From an uncultured archaeon (GTDB lineage: Archaea; Asgardarchaeota; Lokiarchaeia; Sigyniarchaeales; Promethearchaeaceae), in contig CAYRPF010000004.1 of NCBI GenBank assembly GCA_964426185.1, forward strand, positions 33,544 to 65,543: DNA of 32,000 nt, given 5' to 3'. Of the stretch, positions 15,803 to 24,803 are shown in pieces. The notes under the pieces are model-generated. The model was not told the origin of the DNA. It did no database searches and saw nothing but the letters and a program-made list of their open reading frames with translations. A program made the position numbers and the translations under genes. Position 1 is the first letter of the stretch. Every line of letters begins with the position of its first letter.

Positions 15803-18800
15803 ATGCAAGAAAAAAGAAATCTACTCAGAAATATGGCTAGTTTGATATTAATTTTGGGACTTTCTTCTTCATTCCTCGCAATATCGTTACCTTTAATTGA
15901 TTTTACTCCAAATAATTCTGATGTTTCAAGTACTTTAGTTTCTTCCCCATTGTTTCCAGATATTACCCCCCATTCTTCAGATATATCAGGGAATGAATTA
16001 TATGCAGAGCAATTAAAGTTCAATATAGGAGGATCCTTTAACTTAATCCAACAATCGTATTGTACAAACGATACTAATGCTTTAGCTGGTATTGATTTAT
16101 CCGATCCAGCTTTTTCGGATGCTTCATTTTTCCTATCTTTTTCCAACGGGATTTCACCTGCTATCAATCCTCTACCGATAAATTCCCACAACCCGAATTT
16201 TATTGAAACTTCATCAAAATCTCTACGATTACTGCTCTATTTTGAAGGTAGAAAACCATTGAGTACTATTTCAATTCAACACCAAAGAATTTTGGATATT
16301 CTAAAAAATCAATTGAAAATCGATTTTTTCCTCTTAAATCAAACTCAATCTGCAGAATATGGATATCTTTACGAGTATTATGGCTTGAATCCCGCATGGC
16401 TTCAATATTTTGAAATGACCCTCTCAAATGTTCCGCAAGATGGATATTGGGCTGCTTTGGATTACGATAGAATTCTTTCTGAAACTTATCTCAATTCTCA
16501 GTATTTGCAGAGTTCTCTTTTATATCTGAAAAAATATAATTATCTCGCCAACAATATCAATAAAATTCTAAAAAATCCCATAAAAAATGCCTTTGATTTA
16601 TCTCCTTTAGATAGTAGCACTTCCATCTTTAATATTGCTAGTTTTCAAAGTGAAAATTCACGAAATTCAGATGACTCATCATCATCTCAAGAAACTACCT
16701 ATATTAATCGTACAAATAATCTTATCTTCTTTTCTCTGCAATATGAAGGAATATCTAATGAGCAAAATGCCGATCAAAAAACTTCTTATCATTTTGATCT
16801 ATTTAATGCTCTAAATTATAATGGATCTCAAATCAGTATTTCATCGAAATGTTACAACTCATTAGATGGAATTTCTTTAAGTAAATTGGATATTGGGTTA
16901 ATTTTTGGAGAAGTAACTGAAATTGAACCGGAAATAATGCCTTTTAATAATCAGAGTTTCAGTCAGATCGAAAATCTTCTTTTTTTGGTTGATGAAACGA
17001 TGGATTTCTCATTTCTCGATGATTATCAATTCAAAATTAAATGGAAAACCCAAGATTCTCTTACTATGCTTTCCACAGTTCCTATAAATTATAGAAATAG
17101 TTCAGATATCATAAATTTTCTGGAATTACTGGCAGATTTTCCTATATTGACAACTTTATTAAACAATAGCATCGATTTTGCTGGTAATCTTGGTTATGGT
17201 ATTTCGGGCAGTTCAGTAGCTCCAATTGAACAATTTCACTTTGACTATATAATATCATCTCAAGAACCTTCTCTTCAAGTACGGAAAATTTTTCAAAATG
17301 GTCAGCCAAACAATGTGTTTGATATAGAAAACACCCCAGAAATTAACCTAACCGTTTCAAATGAGAATAATATTACCGTTTGGGGTCAAGAAGTAAATCT
17401 TACTGTTCTGGGAATATCAAATGATCCCACTAACCCATTAAGTGTTTTAGGTTTAGATCAGAATATCTTTGAATTGCTTGGATATGATACTAACTTTATT
17501 TTAAATGTTTTAGAGACTTTGGGCTATAACATTGAAGATCTTTTTCATAATGATAATCCTCGATTTTTTATGTTAGATTTAAATAATTCTGGAGAATTTG
17601 ATTCTCTTTATCCTAATCTTTTAGATTTGAATATCAACCGATTTCTTCCTTATAGTCCTGAATTTACTCAAATTCTTATAGATAATTCGGATGCATTCGG
17701 TAATATTGCTCTCAATCCTCAAATATGGAACTCCTCTGAAAGTATTTTCAATCCAGAAAATTGGAAATTAGAGCCTGGAGAATCTTTTTCTCTTTCTCTA
17801 CAGAATGGATTGAATAACATTGATGATAAATTTGCAAGTATACAAAGTTTTGTTGTCTCAGTGGAAGATCCACATTTACCAATCATTGCAATCGGGCATG
17901 AATCTAGTGGAACAGCAATTCAAAATACATTTAGTAACGCCGATCATGATTATTGGGATATTAAATCTGAATCTTATGGACAAACCAATCAAATTCAATT
18001 ATATCTTTTCTTTGATAATCAAACGGAACTTCTACACATATTAAATGATTCGATAGATCTAAATGCCATATTTTTAGATTCTATCTTGAAAAGCAGCGAA
18101 GAAAATACCGATTATCAGTTGCAAATTTATAATCATGCGTCACATGATGTAAATGGAGATGGATTTGAAACTTTAGGAACCAGAACCATTGGTGATGAGA
18201 TGGAATGGATTAATTTCACCTTATCGGATAATAACTACAATTTAAGTGAATATTGGAATATTGATGAAAATGTGAGCATTTTATTTCGAGTTTCGTTTCA
18301 GAATGATGTTCCTTTCCATATATTTATTGATTATCTTCAAGTAGAATTTCAAGATCGATTGAACCAGTATATTTTCTTCAACCAATCAAGCGTTCAATAT
18401 TGTTCTCGCTTTAGTAACAATCAATATTTTAGTTTTTCGAATACTTTACTTGCTAGCACATCTCAAAGTGCAATTATCAATGCTATTAGTCAAATTTCTG
18501 TAGTAGACCCGACAAAATCCCTTTATCTTCTCAACATCTCTTTGGTAAATAACGGTCTTTTACCTGCATATAATTTAACTGCTCGAATATTACAGATGGG
18601 TTTAATTGCTAATTTATCCAATCATTCTCTAATAGAAATGAATAATCACTCGGTTTTTCAAAGTCATGCGGGGAATTTTACACTTATTGATGGAGTTTTA
18701 TTGTATAATATAAGCACTTTGGAGTCAGGGGCTTCTATTTCGAATATTTCTCTCCTTTGTTACCTTACTAATAGTTTTTTGACCCCATCTTTAAACGTAA

Positions 18801-19819
18801 CTTGGAAAAACAGAATTTTATATAATGAAACGAATCGACTACAATTATTTATTTCGTATCAAGATTTTATCTCAAAACCTTTGTATTATAATATATCTTC
18901 ATTAGAATTACCCATTCATCAACTATCTTTTCAATATTTTATTGACCATGATTATCCTTCCTATAATATTAACGATAACATATCTATCTTTGTAAAAATT
19001 GACAATCTTAAACCTACATCAGTTTTTGGGGTCAAAATTAAATTTATTTCTCCAAATGAAGGATGGAGATTATTAAATTCTACAAAAATCTTAACTATTT
19101 CTGAATTCAAACCATTTGAATCACAATTAGTTAAACTAATTTATCAAAAAACTTCTGTCAGGGGGTATTTAATCCCTTCAGAATTTGAAATTAGTAGTGA
19201 AGAAGATTCTTTTTTGCAAGTTCAATTTAATTCCTTGCTCATGATTGGAAATTTTGGCTTGACCATTAAAAAACAAATATCAAATGATGCATTAATTATG
19301 GGAGATATTGTCGAAATTTCTCTAGAAATCATTAATACTGGAAATGTTCCACTTGGAAACATCTCTATCAATGATGCGGATAGTTATGTTGCGGATGCAT
19401 TCCAGTTATATGAAGGCTTAACTCTTTATGATATTGATTTTTTGGGTGTCAATCAGTCATTTAAAATAAGTTATACTTTGCAGTCATTAAGAACAAAGGG
19501 TATTTTTTCCATACGGCCCGCAACAACCTTATATTATTTTGGAATCTCCCATGAAATTCAAAGTAACTCCTTTTCTGTTAAAATTCAAGAGCCATACGGG
19601 CTGATAATTTTAAAAATCCTAGGTCCGATCTTCATCGGTGCTGCAGCGTTAGTAATGATTTATAAATATAAGCTTAGATATTCACGAGAAGATTTTGAAT
19701 ATCAGCGCAGGGAAAAACTCTTATTTGGCAAATCTCTCCGGGAAACTTCCTGGCATCGAAGAAATTTAACTGAATTTTTAAACGAACAAAATATCGGAGG
19801 GGAAGATTTACATGAATAA
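15803..19819 (+). CDS. Large secreted, C-terminally membrane-anchored surface (glyco)protein with DUF11/BatD/COG1361-like Ig domains
   Basis: N-terminal signal/TM (LILILGLSSSFLAISL), many N-x-S/T sequons, LTIKKQIS...GDIVEISLEIINTGNVPLGNISIND, C-terminal TM (LIILKILGPIFIGAAALVMIY) and a ~45-aa charged tail. Confidence 0.75.
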   Translation: MQEKRNLLRNMASLILILGLSSSFLAISLPLIDFTPNNSDVSSTLVSSPLFPDITPHSSDISGNELYAEQLKFNIGGSFNLIQQSYCTNDTNALAGIDLSDPAFSDASFFLSFSNGISPAINPLPINSHNPNFIETSSKSLRLLLYFEGRKPLSTISIQHQRILDILKNQLKIDFFLLNQTQSAEYGYLYEYYGLNPAWLQYFEMTLSNVPQDGYWAALDYDRILSETYLNSQYLQSSLLYLKKYNYLANNINKILKNPIKNAFDLSPLDSSTSIFNIASFQSENSRNSDDSSSSQETTYINRTNNLIFFSLQYEGISNEQNADQKTSYHFDLFNALNYNGSQISISSKCYNSLDGISLSKLDIGLIFGEVTEIEPEIMPFNNQSFSQIENLLFLVDETMDFSFLDDYQFKIKWKTQDSLTMLSTVPINYRNSSDIINFLELLADFPILTTLLNNSIDFAGNLGYGISGSSVAPIEQFHFDYIISSQEPSLQVRKIFQNGQPNNVFDIENTPEINLTVSNENNITVWGQEVNLTVLGISNDPTNPLSVLGLDQNIFELLGYDTNFILNVLETLGYNIEDLFHNDNPRFFMLDLNNSGEFDSLYPNLLDLNINRFLPYSPEFTQILIDNSDAFGNIALNPQIWNSSESIFNPENWKLEPGESFSLSLQNGLNNIDDKFASIQSFVVSVEDPHLPIIAIGHESSGTAIQNTFSNADHDYWDIKSESYGQTNQIQLYLFFDNQTELLHILNDSIDLNAIFLDSILKSSEENTDYQLQIYNHASHDVNGDGFETLGTRTIGDEMEWINFTLSDNNYNLSEYWNIDENVSILFRVSFQNDVPFHIFIDYLQVEFQDRLNQYIFFNQSSVQYCSRFSNNQYFSFSNTLLASTSQSAIINAISQISVVDPTKSLYLLNISLVNNGLLPAYNLTARILQMGLIANLSNHSLIEMNNHSVFQSHAGNFTLIDGVLLYNISTLESGASISNISLLCYLTNSFLTPSLNVTWKNRILYNETNRLQLFISYQDFISKPLYYNISSLELPIHQLSFQYFIDHDYPSYNINDNISIFVKIDNLKPTSVFGVKIKFISPNEGWRLLNSTKILTISEFKPFESQLVKLIYQKTSVRGYLIPSEFEISSEEDSFLQVQFNSLLMIGNFGLTIKKQISNDALIMGDIVEISLEIINTGNVPLGNISINDADSYVADAFQLYEGLTLYDIDFLGVNQSFKISYTLQSLRTKGIFSIRPATTLYYFGISHEIQSNSFSVKIQEPYGLIILKILGPIFIGAAALVMIYKYKLRYSREDFEYQRREKLLFGKSLRETSWHRRNLTEFLNEQNIGGEDLHE

Positions 19820-22800
19820 TATATCTCTACGACAGAAAAATAACTTTTTTTTCTTAATTATTCTTGTTGTTTCATCGAGTTTTTTCTTTATACCCTCCAT
19901 AAGCAATTCTGAGATTTCAAATAATGATAATGCTCTAAAAAAGGCTGAATCTCCTGCAATCCGCTCTTTGAAGAGCCAATCAAGTATATTGAATTCATTT
20001 GATAACATAACTCATCGTTATATTTTTATCTATTCTAATATGCTTAGTGAGACTGAAAATAGTTCTCTCTTTACGTTCTTTTCTTCAAAAGGCGGAATTA
20101 TTGAACAACAAACATGGGAAAATATTCCTGGATTTGCAGGAAGAATTAATAATTCTGAAAACAATTTGGGTGCTTTTATATCTGCATTTCCCCCGTTAGA
20201 AATATTTGAAGATCCCCTTGTTGAAACTCAAATGAATACTGTCCAAGATCAAATTAATTTCAGACCAGAAATAGCAATGTGGAATAATTACAGCCTCAGA
20301 GGTACAAAAAACGCATCTATTGCAATTATTGATACTGGAGTGGATTACAGTCATTCATTTTTTAATTACTCATATGGCTATGAAGATTTTAATCAAACAA
20401 TAATAGGATGGACTGATCTCCTTTCTGATGAAAAGTTACCTAATGATAGAAATGGTCACGGAACTGCAATGAGTTCTATTATCGCAGGAAATGACAATCT
20501 TTCAGCTATTTCAAATCACAGTGGAAATTCCTTCTATCTGACAAAGAATATTGCCATTGATCATTCCGACTACTTCTATCCCCACTATCTTTCAGAAAAA
20601 TGGTATGATGTAAAATTAGGGTCTTTTGAGATGGATGAAAATGCCTTAGATTTATTGCAAATCACGGCTAATTTATCCATCCAAAGTAATATGCAAGACT
20701 ATCGATTACAATTATATCGTAATGGGAATATAATAAATGAGACTTCCCTAAATCCCTTTGAACTTACATGGGATACTTCTGGAATTTTTGACTCCTCGAA
20801 AAAACCTGGTATTTACGATATTGTATTTTCTTATTATAAAAATCTAGAACAGACTCCACGTTTTACCCTCCAAATGCAAGTTCAATTTACTCCAAAAGGA
20901 TATCCTCATTTACATTCAGAATACAGCGGAATAGCTCCCGATTCTCGAATCACAATGATCCGAGCATTAAATGATACCGGTAAAGGGTATTTATCTGATT
21001 TAATTTCAGGTTTGGAAGAAGTATTAATGAATATCTCTTCAAACCACATTATTACTCTGTTGATTTCGGTTGCATCGTTTGATATTCCCCAATCGTTACA
21101 AAACTACATAGAAATATTGATTGATGAACTCATAAATCAAGGATGTATGGTTATATTTGCCGCAGGAAATAGCGGTGTAGGGGATAAATTAAATAACTTA
21201 GCCGTCAGCAAAAAAGCATTAATTGTAGGGGCTGTAAACGATCAAGATCAATTAACAGATTACAGTGCTCAAAGTTCTTTATCCGACGATGTTAGATCCC
21301 TTGATTTATTAGCTCCAGGCGGAAGTAAGTGGTCAAATTCTCAAATGATAATAACCGCGGACTCAAATATGGGAGATCTCTTTAATAATACTTCGGATTT
21401 AATCCGAAATGATCTGACTGCAATGACTGGAACTTCAATATCTGCAGCAATTTTAGCCGGAGTCTATAATTTGGTGGTAGATTATCTTGGAGGGTGGAAA
21501 TTTTGGAAATCCGGCGTAAATATTACCGAAGAAGCTTTGAAGATAAAAAATTATCTCTTACTAACTGCTTCTGAAACTAATTTACCAAGGGAAGATAACC
21601 CATTTACACCGTTTGATGAATCTTCTAATAGTCCAACTTTGGATCGTGGAGAAAACGATCCATATGAAGGTTACGGGCGAATTAACCCAGAAGCCGTATT
21701 AAATATGTTAAATAATTCATTAGAATTGAACCATACATACCAGTTAGATTTGGCCGCTTCTGATAGTAACCCATTTCAAAGGCATGTTTTTGCTTTGAAC
21801 ATAACGTTAGTTAAAGATCAATTGTATATTTTTAATTTAACAAATAATGAAGGTTTTTTCTCGAATTTTGATGTAGATTTATATTTATACGATAAACAAG
21901 GCACTCGAGATGGATATCCCATTTTACTCGCTTCTGCTACTAACGCTGGAACAACAGATGAAACTTTATACTTTACAAATGTTAATGCTACTGATACTTT
22001 TTATTTGGTGGTAAAAGCGGTTTCAGGTACGGGTTCATGTGATCTCACCGTATACCCGAAATTTCAATACAGTAATCCAACATTAAATAACCATGAAATA
22101 ACTGTTCAATCAGATTTGGGATACAATGATACTCTTGATATCTACCAGTTTGAAATAAATTACACCCAGTCTGAAAACATCCCTGCCACCAACATCATTT
22201 TAGTTTTTCCCTCAATAAACCAGAATTACTCCTTAACACAAGCTCAAATCCTTGATCTAAATTATGAAAATGGAGCAATCTATCAAATTAATGTCCACTT
22301 TGAAAATCCTGGAAATTTTAGTTATTATTTTATAGCTCGAACTGGCTCGTTATTTGTGAATTACTTACATAATACTTCTATTTCCATCTTAGTTAACCCT
22401 ATTCATCATTTTGCTGGAACAAATTTTTCCACTGAACAAGGTTTAATAGAATCATTTTGGGATGCAGAATTCGAAGATACAAAAATTTGGCGGAATAACT
22501 ATCCTACAACAGTTTCCGTGGGGTGGCATCCTCTTACTGTTTCACAAAATCTAGAGCCTCGATGGAAAAACGAGTCAGAAGATTCTTGGAAATCATGGTA
22601 TTTTGGTTATGCGCTATCTGAAAATTCTTCATATTATCCCTTAGTACAAGATTTTTCTCCGTTGTATACTTACGAAAATACCACAGGAATATTCACACTT
22701 GATTCTCCTATTGTGTGGTTAGAAAATATTACTTTCCCCAATTTTTCACCAATACTAGAATTAGGCTCTCGGATTAGTATAAACCAAGGAGATACTCTTC

Positions 22801-24803
22801 GTTTAGAAATTAATGTAAATCGTTCAGATTGGGTAACTTTAGATTATTGGACTTATGAGCAATATGATTGGACATTGAGCAAATATAATTTGTCGAATTA
22901 CGTAAACAATTACGTTCAAGTACGACTACGGATGGAAGTTGATTCTTCACAGTGGATATTAAAGAAAGGGATCTTTGTAGATTATTTTTCGGTTGGATGG
23001 AAGAATATAACAAATTCCCATCAGCCTGTATTAGCTCCTGCATTCTCTACCGATAATCAAGAAATACCGCTTTCTAAATCAAAAAATGAAACAAAATGGG
23101 GGGATATTGAATTCAATATCGGATATTGGGATGCAGATGGGGATTTTCCTGTTGAAATTTTTTTGGAAATAGATAATTACAATCATTCTTTATATAATGT
23201 TGATGGAATTTGGAAAACTGGAGCATATAATCATTCAATAGACTTACAAATAAGATATTCTTGCAATATTCCATTAATTGCCCTTGAAAATTATAGTTTT
23301 AGATTTCTTGCATCTGATGGAAAATACAATGTTTCTACTCCATGGTTTAATATAGATTTATCAAACCAATATGAAATTTTGCCTTTTCCAGTAGTTAACC
23401 TATTATCCTCTGCAAATTTTATGCGATGGGGATTCCCTCATAATCTATCAACATCAGAATGGGATTCTCCCTCTTCTGGATGGCATCAAGTCCAAACTTT
23501 AAAATCTTTAAATTTATCTCAAGAATGGTATTGTGGTATTGGAGATTACGCGGGTTACTCACATAATTTTGATGCACGATTATATTCACCAATAATTCAT
23601 ATAAATGCTAGTCATGAAGCATTTCTTTATCTTTCTCACCGATTAAGGTTTGATAGCGAAGGCAACGAGGGTAATGACTTTGCCGAAATTCTCATCTCCG
23701 ATGATTATGGAGACTCTTGGCATTCTCTTCAGCTATTTGAAAAGGAAACCCCTGGAATTAATTTTACAGAAATTGCAGTTGAGCTTTCTGAATATAATGA
23801 AAAAGACATTATTCTACAATTTCTTTTTCATTCTGATAATTCTGGAGAACAAATACAGAATTCTGGCTGGAAAATAAAAGAATTATCCATAAACATCAAT
23901 ACAACGAAAGATTATAATCCACCTCAGATTATCTTCTCAAATATTAAGGATGGTGAAACTATCCAAGGTGTTCTTAACATAACTATCTATATTCAAGATG
24001 ATTCCGCCATCGATAAATTCAGAACAGAGATGTGGGTTGATAATCATCAAATTGATGTTCAATTAGATTCAAACCAAACTATCTCGTTAGAAATTGATAC
24101 ACGACCATATAAAAATGGATATTCCTTGGAAATCATCATTGTTGTTTACGATATTGAAGGAAATCGTCAATTTGAGAAAATTCATTTAATCGTAGACAAT
24201 CCTCCTTCTACCATTTCTTTAATAATTTATAGCTTATTTGGGGTTCTGGGTTTAATTTTATTAGGAATTTACAGTTATAAACAATATATAAAACATAAAT
24301 TAATTAAAGAAGGTAAGTATGTACGTCAACCAACTTGGATTGAACGTATCCAACAGGCGAAATTTGAAACCAATAAAACTAGAGAAGAAGCTTTGATGAT
24401 ATTAGATCAGCTGGATTTAGAATGGGAAAAAATGCAGCCGATGAGACTCTTTTGTAAAAAATGCCATCGAATGTATATTTCACCTGAATTTGAAATTTTC
24501 TGTCCTCATTGTAAAGAGTCGACTTTGTATGTGGCAAAATATTGTCCAGTATGCAAGAAATGGAATTATTTCGATGAAGATACTATAACAACACAGTGTA
24601 AGAAATGCCATTTGACCTTGGTAAAGGACTTCAATAAAGCTAAAGCTCACATTATAGAATTTCAAAAAAAGAATATTTCCATGGTATTAATTTCGGAAGA
24701 AGATAAGCAAGCCCTTCAAAATATAATAGAGCAGCTTTCACTTGATGAATTAATCCATTTATATGAAGAAATTAAAGATAAGAAATTGGAGAATGATTCT
24801 TGA
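19812..24803 (+). CDS. Membrane-anchored S8 (subtilisin-like) serine peptidase with extracellular beta-sandwich repeats and a cytoplasmic double zinc ribbon
   Basis: Signal peptide and propeptide-like region. D174 (IAIIDTG), H216 (NGHGT), N453 (AAGN), S542 (GTS). TM at ~24213-24278, then CKKC/CPHC/CPVC/CKKC at 24453-24608. Overlaps the upstream gene by 8 nt. Confidence 0.9.
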   Translation: MNNISLRQKNNFFFLIILVVSSSFFFIPSISNSEISNNDNALKKAESPAIRSLKSQSSILNSFDNITHRYIFIYSNMLSETENSSLFTFFSSKGGIIEQQTWENIPGFAGRINNSENNLGAFISAFPPLEIFEDPLVETQMNTVQDQINFRPEIAMWNNYSLRGTKNASIAIIDTGVDYSHSFFNYSYGYEDFNQTIIGWTDLLSDEKLPNDRNGHGTAMSSIIAGNDNLSAISNHSGNSFYLTKNIAIDHSDYFYPHYLSEKWYDVKLGSFEMDENALDLLQITANLSIQSNMQDYRLQLYRNGNIINETSLNPFELTWDTSGIFDSSKKPGIYDIVFSYYKNLEQTPRFTLQMQVQFTPKGYPHLHSEYSGIAPDSRITMIRALNDTGKGYLSDLISGLEEVLMNISSNHIITLLISVASFDIPQSLQNYIEILIDELINQGCMVIFAAGNSGVGDKLNNLAVSKKALIVGAVNDQDQLTDYSAQSSLSDDVRSLDLLAPGGSKWSNSQMIITADSNMGDLFNNTSDLIRNDLTAMTGTSISAAILAGVYNLVVDYLGGWKFWKSGVNITEEALKIKNYLLLTASETNLPREDNPFTPFDESSNSPTLDRGENDPYEGYGRINPEAVLNMLNNSLELNHTYQLDLAASDSNPFQRHVFALNITLVKDQLYIFNLTNNEGFFSNFDVDLYLYDKQGTRDGYPILLASATNAGTTDETLYFTNVNATDTFYLVVKAVSGTGSCDLTVYPKFQYSNPTLNNHEITVQSDLGYNDTLDIYQFEINYTQSENIPATNIILVFPSINQNYSLTQAQILDLNYENGAIYQINVHFENPGNFSYYFIARTGSLFVNYLHNTSISILVNPIHHFAGTNFSTEQGLIESFWDAEFEDTKIWRNNYPTTVSVGWHPLTVSQNLEPRWKNESEDSWKSWYFGYALSENSSYYPLVQDFSPLYTYENTTGIFTLDSPIVWLENITFPNFSPILELGSRISINQGDTLRLEINVNRSDWVTLDYWTYEQYDWTLSKYNLSNYVNNYVQVRLRMEVDSSQWILKKGIFVDYFSVGWKNITNSHQPVLAPAFSTDNQEIPLSKSKNETKWGDIEFNIGYWDADGDFPVEIFLEIDNYNHSLYNVDGIWKTGAYNHSIDLQIRYSCNIPLIALENYSFRFLASDGKYNVSTPWFNIDLSNQYEILPFPVVNLLSSANFMRWGFPHNLSTSEWDSPSSGWHQVQTLKSLNLSQEWYCGIGDYAGYSHNFDARLYSPIIHINASHEAFLYLSHRLRFDSEGNEGNDFAEILISDDYGDSWHSLQLFEKETPGINFTEIAVELSEYNEKDIILQFLFHSDNSGEQIQNSGWKIKELSININTTKDYNPPQIIFSNIKDGETIQGVLNITIYIQDDSAIDKFRTEMWVDNHQIDVQLDSNQTISLEIDTRPYKNGYSLEIIIVVYDIEGNRQFEKIHLIVDNPPSTISLIIYSLFGVLGLILLGIYSYKQYIKHKLIKEGKYVRQPTWIERIQQAKFETNKTREEALMILDQLDLEWEKMQPMRLFCKKCHRMYISPEFEIFCPHCKESTLYVAKYCPVCKKWNYFDEDTITTQCKKCHLTLVKDFNKAKAHIIEFQKKNISMVLISEEDKQALQNIIEQLSLDELIHLYEEIKDKKLENDS

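Noticed and set aside
19660-19819. Tyrosine-based (YxxPhi) sorting signals in the surface protein's cytoplasmic tail
   Set aside because: YSRE and YQRR do not fit the pattern; the only match (YKYKL region) abuts the membrane and such motifs arise by chance.
24800-24802. TTG start of permease B given by the ORF track
   Set aside because: The next codon is an ATG forming a TGATG stop/start overlap, the more plausible coupled start.
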